Assembly: GCA_963667565.1 (NCBI GenBank)
Contig: OY763415.1
Location: 704,001 to 768,000, forward strand
DNA length: 64,000 nt
Origin: Acholeplasmataceae bacterium
Lineage (GTDB): Bacteria; Bacillota_I; Bacilli_A; Acholeplasmatales; Acholeplasmataceae
Direction: 5' to 3'
In this document: positions 31,025-41,589 of the stretch, piece by piece
Numbering within the stretch: position 1 is the stretch's first letter
Layout: each line of letters opens with the position of its first letter
Made by a program: the position numbers and the translations under genes
The notes under the pieces: generated by a model
What the model was told of the DNA's origin: nothing
The model's input: only the letters and a program-made list of their open reading frames with translations
Databases searched by the model: none

Positions 31025-32677
31025 TTACTCTAATCCAAGTAATATCTTCGCTTGTCCGATTGCATAATGCGATAGTTTCTCATCAGAGAGCATCATCGCA
31101 ATATTTGTTATTCTATCATCAATAGAAAGAAGGTTAATTCTCGTGACCATTCTTTCTTTTTCTTTATGTTTTGTAATGCCAAAATGTTGATCTGCTTTTG
31201 CAGCAACTTGTGGAAGATGCGTGATCACAATAAGTTGCATCAATTCGCTTAATGAAGCCATTTTTGTAGCAACTTTTGCAGCAGTTTTACCTGAGATACC
31301 AATGTCAATTTCATCTAATATAAGTAGAGAAAGATGGTTAGCTTTTGCATAAATTGACTTTAAGGCAAACATAAATCTTGCACGCTCTCCTCCACTTGCA
31401 ACTTTAGCTAATGGTTTTACGGGTTCACCTTCATTAAGTGATATCATGAACTCAACTTGTTCAATACCAGTTTCTAAAAAATGTGCATTTTCTTTATTTG
31501 GTACATCAAATAGAATATCAAATGTTGCTTTATCTAAATCTAAATCCTTAAGCTCATTTAATAAATCCTTTGCCAGTTGTTTTGCAAGTTTTTTTCTTAA
31601 TTCAACAAGCTTTAAACCTTTTTGATATGTATCATCAAAAGCTTGATCTAATTTCTTTTTAGATTCAATCACATATTGATCATAGTTTGTAATTCTTAAC
31701 AATTCATCTTTAATATGTTCAAGATATACGATCAATTCATCAATCGTTTTTTGATACTTTTGTTCTATTTTTTGAAGTTCATAAGAACGTTCTTGCATAA
31801 TATTAAATTCTTCTTGATCAAAATCTAGTGATTCAATGACATCATATATTTTTGATTTGACATCATCAATTTCATAATAACTACTTTCTAATCGTTCTTT
31901 CATATCTACATAGATTTGATCAATATCAGTTAATCTAGAAATATGTTTACTTGCTTCATATAATTCATCTAAGTTAAATGTTTGTCCTTCAAGCAATTGA
32001 TAAGCTTGTTGGAGTTGAGCCATCGTCTTATCATAATTTTCAAGTTTATGTATTTCATATTGCAACTCTTCTTTTTCATGTAACTTTAATTTAAACCCTT
32101 CAAGTTCTTTTACTTGATAGGCTAAAAAATCAGCACGTTCTAAACTTTCTTGTTTTTTATTTTTTAATTGATCAAAGGCTTGTTTCTTTAAAATATATTC
32201 ACTTCTTGAAAGCATATATTGATTCATAAGTGTATCTATTTTTTCTTGATCGACTTGATCAATATATTGTAAATAGGTATTTTTATCTTGAAGTTGCATG
32301 GTTTCATCTTGTGCATGAATGCTTGCAAACATCTTTGTAACATCTCTTAATTTAGTTAAAGTCACAATTTCAGAATTAATGCGCATTTGATGTTTCCCTG
32401 ATGCATCAATTTCTCTTTCGATTTCAATTTCATCACCATATCCATAGAAATCTTGAACTTCCTTTGAAAGCTTAAAAACACCACGTACAATGGCTTTATC
32501 TTCACCATAACGAATCATTTGTGCATCACTTCTTTTACCAAAAAGCAATTGTAATGATTCTAAAATAATAGATTTACCCGCACCTGTTTCACCAGTTAAC
32601 GCAGTTAACCCATCATTAAATTCAATTTCTAAATCATCAATTAACGCAAAGTTTAACACTTTGAGTTTTTTTATCAT
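31025..32677 (-). CDS. recN: DNA repair protein RecN
   Basis: 'LTGETGAGKS', coiled coil, 'ASGGE', 'LDEIDIGISG', 'ITHLPQVAA'. Confidence 0.96.
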   Translation of the reverse strand: MIKKLKVLNFALIDDLEIEFNDGLTALTGETGAGKSIILESLQLLFGKRSDAQMIRYGEDKAIVRGVFKLSKEVQDFYGYGDEIEIEREIDASGKHQMRINSEIVTLTKLRDVTKMFASIHAQDETMQLQDKNTYLQYIDQVDQEKIDTLMNQYMLSRSEYILKKQAFDQLKNKKQESLERADFLAYQVKELEGFKLKLHEKEELQYEIHKLENYDKTMAQLQQAYQLLEGQTFNLDELYEASKHISRLTDIDQIYVDMKERLESSYYEIDDVKSKIYDVIESLDFDQEEFNIMQERSYELQKIEQKYQKTIDELIVYLEHIKDELLRITNYDQYVIESKKKLDQAFDDTYQKGLKLVELRKKLAKQLAKDLLNELKDLDLDKATFDILFDVPNKENAHFLETGIEQVEFMISLNEGEPVKPLAKVASGGERARFMFALKSIYAKANHLSLLILDEIDIGISGKTAAKVATKMASLSELMQLIVITHLPQVAAKADQHFGITKHKEKERMVTRINLLSIDDRITNIAMMLSDEKLSHYAIGQAKILLGLE

Positions 32678-33411
32678 AGAATCGCCCCTATCAATGTTAG
32701 GATATCTTTAGACTTTTTATGGCTGTCTATATATATAATATATTCTTGATTGCCTTTTTTCCCTTTAATTTCTGATTTATCTAAATTCACTATGTTAAAT
32801 CCTAATGAATTGATGACAGATAAGACATCATTTAATACGACTTTATGAAGCTTTAAATCCTTTACAACACCTTGTTTGATAGCTTTTTTTCCAATCTCAA
32901 ACTGCGGTTTAATAAGTCCAATGATTTCTCCTTGAAACCCTTGTATGTGCTTAAACACTTTTGTAATTGATATAAAAGATACATCAATTAATATCACATC
33001 AGCATCTGGTAGTTTGACATCAAGAATATTTGTTTCTTCATGACATATCACTCTTTGATCAATCTTAAGTTTTGCTGCAAGTTGATCTTTTCCAACATCA
33101 TATGTATATACAAGTTTTGCCCCATGATCTAATGAGCACTCTGTAAATCCACCAGTAGAGGCACCAATATCAATGATTGTTTTACCGTTGAAATCAAGAT
33201 TATAATTTTTGATTGCATGATATAATTTTTCACCAGCACGACCAACAAAACGAAGATGTTCTAAAACTTTAACTTCTTGATCAATAATGATAAGACCCGC
33301 TTTTGAAGCAGTCATTTCATTAACTAAAACATATCCGCGTTTGATTAGGTCAGTCGCTTTACTTCTTGTTTCGACTAAACCTTTATCAACTAAATATTGA
33401 TCAAGTCTCAT
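32674..33411 (-). CDS. tlyA: TlyA-family rRNA 2'-O-methyltransferase
   Basis: S4 domain 'RLDQYLV', 'DIGASTGGFT', 'DVSFIS', 'LIKPQFE', 'GNQEY'. Confidence 0.94.
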   Translation of the reverse strand: MRLDQYLVDKGLVETRSKATDLIKRGYVLVNEMTASKAGLIIIDQEVKVLEHLRFVGRAGEKLYHAIKNYNLDFNGKTIIDIGASTGGFTECSLDHGAKLVYTYDVGKDQLAAKLKIDQRVICHEETNILDVKLPDADVILIDVSFISITKVFKHIQGFQGEIIGLIKPQFEIGKKAIKQGVVKDLKLHKVVLNDVLSVINSLGFNIVNLDKSEIKGKKGNQEYIIYIDSHKKSKDILTLIGAIL

Positions 33412-35231
33412 AAGAAACTTCCTAAGACTTCACAGATTGCATCAAGATCCATATGATAAGCTTTTAACATGTCTTCATATTTACCATATGTAACAACTTG
33501 ATCACTTAATGATAGCATCTTCACCTCATGATTTAAATGATGTTTCATCATGTATGATAGTATACTTGGGTATAATCCACCTTGATTTGCGCTCTCTTCG
33601 TAAACAAAAACTTTATGTGTAACTGCTAATGCTTCACTGAGCACTTTTTCATCAATGGGTTTAATAAATCTTGCATTAATGATTGTAGCATCTAAATTCA
33701 TTTTGCGATCTGCTTCAATGAGTAAGTCAAGGCTTGGACCATAGCTAATTAATAATGGGCCATTCCCTTTTTTTAAATATGTCCAATAAGATTTTAATGG
33801 CTTTAATTCTAAAGTGTCATTTATCTTGTCAAAATTCACTTGTCCTCTAGGATATCTGATCACACAAGGATGTGATTGTTCTATAAATGCATAATACATA
33901 AGTTCTTCAACATCATTTTTATCATATGGCATTGTAATAACAACATTTGGCATTAAACTAAACATCGATACATCAAATAAACCTTGGTGTGTGGATCCAT
34001 CCTCACCAACAATACCTGCTCGATCAATACCAAAAACAACATGATGATCGCTTCTTGCAACATCATTTAAAATTTGATCGAATGCTCTTTGGCTAAATGT
34101 TGAATAAACAGGATAATATACTTTAATGCCATGATGCGCTAAACTTGCTGCCATCGTTGCACCATGTTCTTCAGCAATACCAATGTCTAAGTAACGGTCC
34201 GGAAATTTCTTTTGAAATGCACTCATTTTTGTACCTACCGTCATCGCAGGCATAATAACAAATGTTTTTTCTAAATCTTGTAATTTTTCAATACTTATGG
34301 CAATAAGTTCACTCCATGAAATACCTTGATTTTTAGAATCAGAAGGTTGTGAAATACCATGAAAAGATCCAATTTTATCACTTTCTGCTTCTGGGTGTCC
34401 TTTACCTTTATCAGTAATGATATGAAGTATCACAGACTTTTTAATATGTTTAATACGATTTAATGTCTTAATCAGTAATTTAATGTCATGTCCATCAATA
34501 GGCCCTACATACATATATCCTAAATCTTCAAATATGTTTTGTCTTTGAAGCAATGCTCTAAGTGCTCTTTTTATTCTCCCAAAAGCTCTAAGAATGATAT
34601 GTGGTGTTATTCTTCCCCAAAAACGTTTAAGTGAAATAATGAGTTTCATACTTCTAATTTTAGTTAATGCTCTTGAAAATGCACCAACACTTTTAGAAAT
34701 ACTCATTTCATTATCATTTAAAACAATCATACCTTGATGTTTCTTATCTGCCCCTAAAATATTTAACGCTTCAAATGACATGCCATTGACAATGGATGCA
34801 TCTCCAACAATAGCAATTCCTTTTCCATCTTCTTCTTTTAAATCATTTGCATATAAAAAACCCATGAGTGCAGAAATCGCAGTACCCGCATGTCCACTTT
34901 CCCATTGATCATGTGCTGATTCACTATAATCAATATAACCAGACATACCATTTGTTTGTCTTAATTGTTCAAAATCACCTGCTCTACCTGTAAGAATCTT
35001 ATGTGTATATGCTTGATGACCCACATCAAAAATAAATGCATCTTTAGGACTATTAAATACATAATGAAGTGCAATAATCAATTCTACTGTCCCCAAATTC
35101 GAACTTAAATGTCCCCCAGTTTTTGGAATTGTATCAAGCAAAAAAGCACGTATTTCTACGGCTAATTGTTCTAATTCCTTATATGATAGATTTTTGATAA
35201 ATGATGGATCTTTTATATCCTTCAAATTCAT
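33408..35231 (-). CDS. dxs: 1-deoxy-D-xylulose-5-phosphate synthase
   Basis: 'GGHLSSNLG', 'DVGHQAY.HKILTGR', 'GDAS...LNDNEMSI', 'IAEEH', 'DGSTHQG'. Confidence 0.96.
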   Translation of the reverse strand: MNLKDIKDPSFIKNLSYKELEQLAVEIRAFLLDTIPKTGGHLSSNLGTVELIIALHYVFNSPKDAFIFDVGHQAYTHKILTGRAGDFEQLRQTNGMSGYIDYSESAHDQWESGHAGTAISALMGFLYANDLKEEDGKGIAIVGDASIVNGMSFEALNILGADKKHQGMIVLNDNEMSISKSVGAFSRALTKIRSMKLIISLKRFWGRITPHIILRAFGRIKRALRALLQRQNIFEDLGYMYVGPIDGHDIKLLIKTLNRIKHIKKSVILHIITDKGKGHPEAESDKIGSFHGISQPSDSKNQGISWSELIAISIEKLQDLEKTFVIMPAMTVGTKMSAFQKKFPDRYLDIGIAEEHGATMAASLAHHGIKVYYPVYSTFSQRAFDQILNDVARSDHHVVFGIDRAGIVGEDGSTHQGLFDVSMFSLMPNVVITMPYDKNDVEELMYYAFIEQSHPCVIRYPRGQVNFDKINDTLELKPLKSYWTYLKKGNGPLLISYGPSLDLLIEADRKMNLDATIINARFIKPIDEKVLSEALAVTHKVFVYEESANQGGLYPSILSYMMKHHLNHEVKMLSLSDQVVTYGKYEDMLKAYHMDLDAICEVLGSFL

Positions 35232-35416
35232 TATCCTTTAATTTCCTTTACGACTAATTTTTCTGCTTCTTCAAGCATTTGATAACAAGTCTTTGATAGT
35301 TCAAGACCTCTTTGATATTTTTTAACTGCTTCATCAAGTGTGATTTCCTTATTTTCTAAGTCTTTAACCACTTGTTCTAATTCTTTCAATAAACTTTCAA
35401 AAGATTGATTTTCCAT
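35231..35416 (-). CDS. xseB: Exodeoxyribonuclease VII small subunit
   Basis: 'SFESLLKELEQVV..LE...ITLDEAVKKYQRG..L...C...LEEAE'. Confidence 0.93.
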   Translation of the reverse strand: MENQSFESLLKELEQVVKDLENKEITLDEAVKKYQRGLELSKTCYQMLEEAEKLVVKEIKG

Positions 35417-36744
35417 TAGTTTTCCTCCTTATGAATCACTTTAGTATCGACTTTACCATCTTTAAGTGTGATTCTGATTTCATCATTGACTAAAATGTCT
35501 TTAACGCTTGAAATAACATGATTTTCTTTTTCGATATATGCAAATCCTTTATCCATATATGTTAAAGGATTAAGTCCTTTTAATGCTGTTTGATTCACTC
35601 GATATTGATAAGCTTTTAATTCCATGATTGATTGAATATTTTGTTTTAACAACAAAGTAGACTGTTGATGCTTATCCTTTAAATGCTTAATATGGTCAAG
35701 CGGTGATCGCATCATTTGTTTTAGTTGTGTGACCTTATTTTTAAGATCTTCTACTTTTAGAACATAATTTCTTTCCAACGATATTTGAAATCTATGAAGA
35801 TCTTTTTTTGATTGCGCAACTTGATAAATCGGAGATAAGACATCAAGTCTTTGATCAATGTGAACGAGCTTTGTTTGATTTTGTTCAATAAATCTATGAA
35901 ATAATTTTTTAATAAGTTCTTGATCATATAAAATATCTTCTAGTAAATCTGATTTATTAGGTGTTGCAAGTTCTGCAGCTGCTGTTGGTGTTGGTGCTCT
36001 TAAATCAGAAACAAAATCACATAAAGTAAAATCTGTTTCATGTCCAATCGCTGTAATGACTGGAATCTTTGATTCAAAGATAGCCATAATTGCTGGTAAT
36101 TCATTAAATCCCCATAGATCCTCAATTGATCCACCACCACGTCCAACGATAAGCACATCAACTTCATTAAGTTTATTTGCTAATACGATTTGATCATGAA
36201 TCGATTTTGATGAATCTGGACCTTGCACGAGTGCAGGATATAGGTGAATCTCTGATAATAAGTAGCGTCTTGTTACTGTATTTTTGATATCTTCAATGAC
36301 TGCCCCGGTAGGTGAGGTAACAACACCAATTCTTTTAGGAAATTTGGGAATTGCTTTTTTATGAGATTGCTCAAAATATCCCTTGTCTGATAAATCCTTT
36401 TTTAATGCTTCATATTTTAAATAAAGTTCACCAATACCATCAAGCTTCATTTCTGCAACTTGAATGCTATAAGAACCACCTGCTTCATAAATGCTCATTC
36501 TACCTTGTAATAAAACATGATCACCATCTTTTGGTGAAAATGTGACTTGTTTTACGTAATTAGAAAACATAATGCAACTAATTTGTGCCTGTTCATCTTT
36601 TAAAGTGAAATAAAAATGTCCACGACTATGATGTTTAAAATTAGAAATTTCACCTTTGATATAAATAGAAACAAGGTGTTTATCACCTTCTAATTTCGCT
36701 TTGATATATTTAGTTAACGCTGTGACACTTAGATAGTTTTCCAA
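35416..36744 (-). CDS. xseA: Exodeoxyribonuclease VII large subunit
   Basis: 'GEISN', 'GHFYFTLKD', 'RGGGSIEDLW.FN', 'IGHETD', 'RAPTPTAAAE'. Confidence 0.96.
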   Translation of the reverse strand: MENYLSVTALTKYIKAKLEGDKHLVSIYIKGEISNFKHHSRGHFYFTLKDEQAQISCIMFSNYVKQVTFSPKDGDHVLLQGRMSIYEAGGSYSIQVAEMKLDGIGELYLKYEALKKDLSDKGYFEQSHKKAIPKFPKRIGVVTSPTGAVIEDIKNTVTRRYLLSEIHLYPALVQGPDSSKSIHDQIVLANKLNEVDVLIVGRGGGSIEDLWGFNELPAIMAIFESKIPVITAIGHETDFTLCDFVSDLRAPTPTAAAELATPNKSDLLEDILYDQELIKKLFHRFIEQNQTKLVHIDQRLDVLSPIYQVAQSKKDLHRFQISLERNYVLKVEDLKNKVTQLKQMMRSPLDHIKHLKDKHQQSTLLLKQNIQSIMELKAYQYRVNQTALKGLNPLTYMDKGFAYIEKENHVISSVKDILVNDEIRITLKDGKVDTKVIHKEEN

Positions 36745-36751
36745 AGAAATC

Positions 36752-37138
36752 TCATTCCCTTACTGATTTAGCGATATTATCTAAAAGTTTATTTGTAAAT
36801 TTATGTTGTTTTTCATCGTCTAAATTGGTATATTCTTTTGTAATTTCAATCGCTTCATCAATAACAACTTGTACAGGAGTTTCAGTAAACATGAACTCAT
36901 AAGTTGCATATCTAATAATTGCTCGATCAACAAATGAAATTCGATTTAAAGTATAGTTAAAAAGTTGACTTTCAATCATGTCATTAATCATATCTATATG
37001 TTTTATTACATCACTATAAATTTTAAATTCAACTTCATCAAGTGATGATTCAAAGGGCTGTCCAACGGATTCAAAAATGTCTTTTTGATATAAATTGAAA
37101 ATAATATGTTCTCTTTGTGTTCTTAATTGTGTTTTCAT
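36752..37138 (-). CDS. nusB: Transcription antitermination factor NusB
   Basis: 'RISFVDRAIIR.ATYE', 'VVIDEAIEITKEY', 'KFTNKLLD'; synteny with xseAB. Confidence 0.9.
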   Translation of the reverse strand: MKTQLRTQREHIIFNLYQKDIFESVGQPFESSLDEVEFKIYSDVIKHIDMINDMIESQLFNYTLNRISFVDRAIIRYATYEFMFTETPVQVVIDEAIEITKEYTNLDDEKQHKFTNKLLDNIAKSVRE

Positions 37139-37261
37139 AAAATACCTCGTAAATATTTTAACATAATATTTCTTTATAAGAAATAATTAAACAACTATTT
37201 ATACTTCGTAATGATACTAAATTAAATTTGTGCTATAATTTACGTATAAAAGGAGGTAGGC

Positions 37262-38824
37262 ATGATGCATTTAGAATCTTTTGACAAAAAGAAAAAAGGT
37301 TTTATTACAAAGATTTTTATCATTGTTTTTTTAGCGTTGTCTATTTCTTTTATAGCGTTTAATTCTTATAGAGTTTATAACCAATATAAAGAGAATATTG
37401 ATGATGTGATGTCTCATGAAGAAGTGATTGTTCAAGGTGCTCAAGAACGCATGACTGACTACTTATATTTTATCATAACAGACCTACTCTATTTAGAAAC
37501 TGAGTTTGAGCAAAATATTGCATCAGGTGGAAATTATCAAGAAATTGAAAACGATTGGTTCATATATTCAAATGCTAAAAGAACATATTCTCAAATTAGA
37601 TTTATTAACACATTAGGCATGGAAGAAATCCGTATTAATTTTGATGGTACGAGTGCTAGTATTGTCAATCATTTGGATTTAGAAGACAAGTCAGATCGAT
37701 ACTACTTTCAAAATACGATTGGGCTTAGTGATCAATCCATTTATCTTTCTGATATTGATCTTAATTTTGATAACAATCAAATCATCTTGCCTTATGAACT
37801 TGAGTTTAGAGTTTCCACACCAGTTTATGTTGACGATACTTTATATGGAATTGTTATTATTAACTTTGATTTTTTGACCATTCTTAAACAAATGAGTTAT
37901 TACAGTTTAAACTCTAATGGAGATTTTTATATTTTAGATGATGAGAGTTATTTCATTTATCATCCTAATGATAATTATGAGTGGGGCTTTGATATTTCAA
38001 GTAGAGCCCAATATAATTTTGGTAATTTTTATCCAGATGCATGGTTTGATATCATTGAACATAAAACACAGTTTTATACGAGTGAAGGCTTATTTACATT
38101 TAATAGTTTTAATTTACTGAATGCTGTTTCAAGAGAAGGTTATACTTTTTATGCAGATCATCCTATTATCTATTTGGGAACATATGTATCCAAAGTTGAC
38201 AATCAATATTTATTTGATCAAAACATATTTTTAAACATTGTAAGTTTAACTATTTCAACAAACCTATTAACCTTATCCATTATTTTGTTGATTTCAATAT
38301 TTATAACCATGTTAGTTTATGTACGTACTAAAATTGATTATGAAGAAAAATACTATGCATCTTTTGATTCACTCACACAAGTATATAATCGCCGTTTTGG
38401 ATTAGATCTGCTTGAAAAACTTATTAAAAATAATCAAGTAGCCTCTATTTGCTTTATTGATATTGATGGTTTAAAAGAAGTCAATGATGCGTTTGGTCAT
38501 CATTTTGGTGATGACATGTTAAAAACAACGATGAATATCTTAAAGCAGTTTATTACTATGCCAGATTTTGTATTTAGACTTGGTGGAGATGAATTTGTCA
38601 TCGTTTCTAATAAAAATGCAGTCGAGCTTGAACATATATGGAGCCTTATCCTTGATGCATTTAAAAAAGCAAATACTGAGCAACTTAATCCTTATAAATT
38701 ATCTGCAAGTCATGGTATTGTCGAAAGTAGTAAAAATATAGATGTCAATAAATTTTTATCACTTGCTGATGATCAAATGTATAAAGAAAAGAAATTATAT
38801 TACAAACAAAAAGAGCAATCCTAA
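37262..38824 (+). CDS. Membrane sensor diguanylate cyclase (TM-dCache-TM-GGDEF)
   Basis: 'DSLTQVYNRR', 'FIDIDGLKEVNDAFGHHFGD', 'RLGGDEF', 'AD..MY..K'; extracellular 'YSQIRFIN..G.E..RIN' and 'DKSDRYYF'. Confidence 0.93.
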   Translation: MMHLESFDKKKKGFITKIFIIVFLALSISFIAFNSYRVYNQYKENIDDVMSHEEVIVQGAQERMTDYLYFIITDLLYLETEFEQNIASGGNYQEIENDWFIYSNAKRTYSQIRFINTLGMEEIRINFDGTSASIVNHLDLEDKSDRYYFQNTIGLSDQSIYLSDIDLNFDNNQIILPYELEFRVSTPVYVDDTLYGIVIINFDFLTILKQMSYYSLNSNGDFYILDDESYFIYHPNDNYEWGFDISSRAQYNFGNFYPDAWFDIIEHKTQFYTSEGLFTFNSFNLLNAVSREGYTFYADHPIIYLGTYVSKVDNQYLFDQNIFLNIVSLTISTNLLTLSIILLISIFITMLVYVRTKIDYEEKYYASFDSLTQVYNRRFGLDLLEKLIKNNQVASICFIDIDGLKEVNDAFGHHFGDDMLKTTMNILKQFITMPDFVFRLGGDEFVIVSNKNAVELEHIWSLILDAFKKANTEQLNPYKLSASHGIVESSKNIDVNKFLSLADDQMYKEKKLYYKQKEQS

Positions 38825-38838
38825 AATTGCTCTTTTTT
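38808..38838. terminator. Bidirectional terminator
   Basis: AAAAAGAGCAAT-cctaaa-ATTGCTCTTTTT. Confidence 0.85.
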
Positions 38839-39517
38839 ATATCATCATGTGATCTTTTAATACATGATACATATTTAATATCTCTTCTCGTCCCTCTTTA
38901 GTCAAATCATAGATGCCTCTATCAATTCTTATAAAATATTTTTGATAATTTTTTTGTAAAATCGATGAAACTTTTTCGATGTTAAGTGCTTTTTTAATTT
39001 CCTTTGTTGAGGAAGGACCATGATCTAAAATGTATATACCGATTTGTGTAACCATTTCCTTATATCTTGTCATGATTTTACCTTTAGTTCCACCTAAGTT
39101 GAGTGATGATTTACTGAGTTTAAACTCTTTTTTCATTTTTTCTTTCTTTTTTTGATACATCAGTCTGCTTTTTGCATAGTCAAATGGTTTTGATTCTAAA
39201 ATGATTTCAGCAAAGTCATTGGAAACTGCAATCAAACCTATTTCTAAACGTTTTAGAAGAGATATGAGCTGTCTATATGACTGCTTAGAGTGATTGATAT
39301 GTTTTTTAAAGGTTGCAATATAAACCTCATCAACAATTTTTTGTCTTTCAATAGCTTGATAAATTAGTTTTAAACTAATACTTGTTTTAAGTTCAACCGC
39401 AATATAATAATCTTCTTTAGATGCTAATATATCAATATGGTTGATTTCAGCTTTCACTTCATAACCAAAAGACTCAAATAATGTTTTTACTGGCAAATAT
39501 AATTCTGTTTCTTTCAT
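38837..39517 (-). CDS. DUF2161-family putative PD-(D/E)XK protein
   Basis: 'MKETELYLPVK..FE..GYEVKAE...ID', 'VELK', 'GG....IMT.Y', 'ILQKNY..YF.RI.RGIY.LT'. Confidence 0.85.
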   Translation of the reverse strand: MKETELYLPVKTLFESFGYEVKAEINHIDILASKEDYYIAVELKTSISLKLIYQAIERQKIVDEVYIATFKKHINHSKQSYRQLISLLKRLEIGLIAVSNDFAEIILESKPFDYAKSRLMYQKKKEKMKKEFKLSKSSLNLGGTKGKIMTRYKEMVTQIGIYILDHGPSSTKEIKKALNIEKVSSILQKNYQKYFIRIDRGIYDLTKEGREEILNMYHVLKDHMMI

Positions 39518-39595
39518 ATGATCATCCATCACTTTCACAATTATCATAACATAAAGATAAAAAAAAGACCTTATATAATAAGATCTTTTCTAAAG

Positions 39596-40780
39596 TTAAT
39601 CTTGCATTAATTTCTTTCTTTTTCTTATGACTGAAACAGCAGTTGATCCAAGAACAACAACAACTGCAAGTACGATTGCAACAATTGTAGATGTTCCAAC
39701 ACCTTCATCATCGAAACCTTTATTTGCTAAAATTTCTTGCCATGAGTTGTCAATTTCAATTTTCAACGCTTCATTATAACGATACACTTGATCATTTGTG
39801 TTAATTCTTACATCAAATGACGCTGCATAATCTGCAAAATCACCAGTTAATAAATCTGTTATAACATCTTGTCTAGGTGAAGTATATTGAACCCATTCTG
39901 TGTTTTGTTTATTTGCATCATAGCTTAACATAAAACTGATAAAATCATAAGCATATTCTGTTTGAGCACCTTTTGGTGTCACAAATCCATCTACCCAAAC
40001 ATTTGTTCCTTCATTTGGTACATAAAATGATAAATTTGCATTTTCACTCATAAGGAAGTTTGCATCACCTGAATAACTGACTGCTAAATTATATCTTGCA
40101 GGATCTATCATCGCATCAAAAATATCATCAGTAATCACATATGTGTCAGATGTTAATGCATCATTTAACCAAGTGGTTGCAGCAGCTAATTCTGTTGAGG
40201 TTGGATTGTTAATATCTTGTGTACCGGTTGCAAACATTGAAATCATGAATGCGTCTCTAGAACTGTTATAAAATGCAACTTCATATTCTGTAGAATCAAG
40301 AAGTACATCCCATCCTGTTAAATCATTTTGATCAACGACTGTTGTATCATATAAAATACCAACATTACCCCAAAAATAAGGCACTGCATAATCAAGTAAA
40401 TTAAAACCATTCGTTCCATCAGATAATTTTGATAAAACGGATTGTAATCCAGTTGCTATATCTGTATTCTTATCAAATGTAGTCACTTTAGACCAATCAA
40501 TTGGGTCAATTAAATCCTCTTGTGCTAATTGTTCAATAGCATAATCACTTGGAATGACTAGATCATATTGGTTACCAGCTTTGATTTGCGTAATCGCAAC
40601 TTCATTTGAATCAAATGCGATTTGTTTTACTTTAATGCCGTATTCTTCTTCAAATTGAAGGACTAAATCATCATCGATATATTCGCCCCAATTATAAAGT
40701 CTTAATGTGGGTCCACTTGAACAACTTGCTAAAAATAATAATGTAAGGACAAAAACTAAACTAAGTAAATATTTTTTCAT
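39596..40780 (-). CDS. potD: Spermidine/putrescine ABC transporter substrate-binding lipoprotein with an extra C-terminal TM
   Basis: Lipobox LASC, 'YNWGEYID', 'PSDY', 'PYFWG', 'YSGD', 'GTNVWVD'. Confidence 0.92.
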   Translation of the reverse strand: MKKYLLSLVFVLTLLFLASCSSGPTLRLYNWGEYIDDDLVLQFEEEYGIKVKQIAFDSNEVAITQIKAGNQYDLVIPSDYAIEQLAQEDLIDPIDWSKVTTFDKNTDIATGLQSVLSKLSDGTNGFNLLDYAVPYFWGNVGILYDTTVVDQNDLTGWDVLLDSTEYEVAFYNSSRDAFMISMFATGTQDINNPTSTELAAATTWLNDALTSDTYVITDDIFDAMIDPARYNLAVSYSGDANFLMSENANLSFYVPNEGTNVWVDGFVTPKGAQTEYAYDFISFMLSYDANKQNTEWVQYTSPRQDVITDLLTGDFADYAASFDVRINTNDQVYRYNEALKIEIDNSWQEILANKGFDDEGVGTSTIVAIVLAVVVVLGSTAVSVIRKRKKLMQD

Positions 40781-41589
40781 TCTAATTCCTCTACTTTCTT
40801 CCCTGTTTTAAAATAATCATATAAAATCTTAGAGCCTACAATCACGAGTATAATCGTTGATAACGCATTAATAATCGGTTTCGGACTTAATTTATTTGTG
40901 TATAAATAAATAGAAATGTTCATATCACCGCTTGATCCAGCAACGAAATATGAAATGATAAAGTCATCAAATGACATTGTAAATGCAAGTGCCGCACCTG
41001 CAATGATTGCAACTTTAATTTGCGGCAATATCACTTTAATAAGCGTTTGAATGGGTGATGCACCTAAATCATATGCTGCATCAGCGATATTTGGATCTAA
41101 ACTTTTAACTTTTGGATAAACTGTAATTAGTACATAAGGAGTTGAAAATGCGATATGAGCTAGCAACATCGTATTATATGATGGCGCAATTTGCATTGCT
41201 CCAAATAAGACAAGTAACGATACTGCAATAATAATATCTGGGCTGACAATCGGAATATTATTGACTGACATTGTCAACTCTCTAAATCCTTTTTTAGTTT
41301 TTGCAAGTGCAATTGCTGCAAGTGTTCCAAAAATAGTCGAAATAAATGTTGATACAACTGCAATCCAAATGGTCATAAAGACAATACTTTCTCTTGGATT
41401 TGTGTAATTAAAAAGTTGTGGATCTGTAAATAGTTCTACATATCTATTTAATGTAAATCCTGACCATCTCGTTAGAGAATCATCTTGATTAAAAGAAAAT
41501 ACCGCAATACTGATAATGGGTGCATAGATAAAAATCATAACTAAGACTAAAAATATTGTTGGGGTAAGGTTATTTTTCTTCGAGTTCAT
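40777..41589 (-). CDS. potC: Polyamine ABC transporter permease
   Basis: 'SFN', 'AAYDLGA', 'FTMSFDDF'. Confidence 0.92.
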   Translation of the reverse strand: MNSKKNNLTPTIFLVLVMIFIYAPIISIAVFSFNQDDSLTRWSGFTLNRYVELFTDPQLFNYTNPRESIVFMTIWIAVVSTFISTIFGTLAAIALAKTKKGFRELTMSVNNIPIVSPDIIIAVSLLVLFGAMQIAPSYNTMLLAHIAFSTPYVLITVYPKVKSLDPNIADAAYDLGASPIQTLIKVILPQIKVAIIAGAALAFTMSFDDFIISYFVAGSSGDMNISIYLYTNKLSPKPIINALSTIILVIVGSKILYDYFKTGKKVEELE

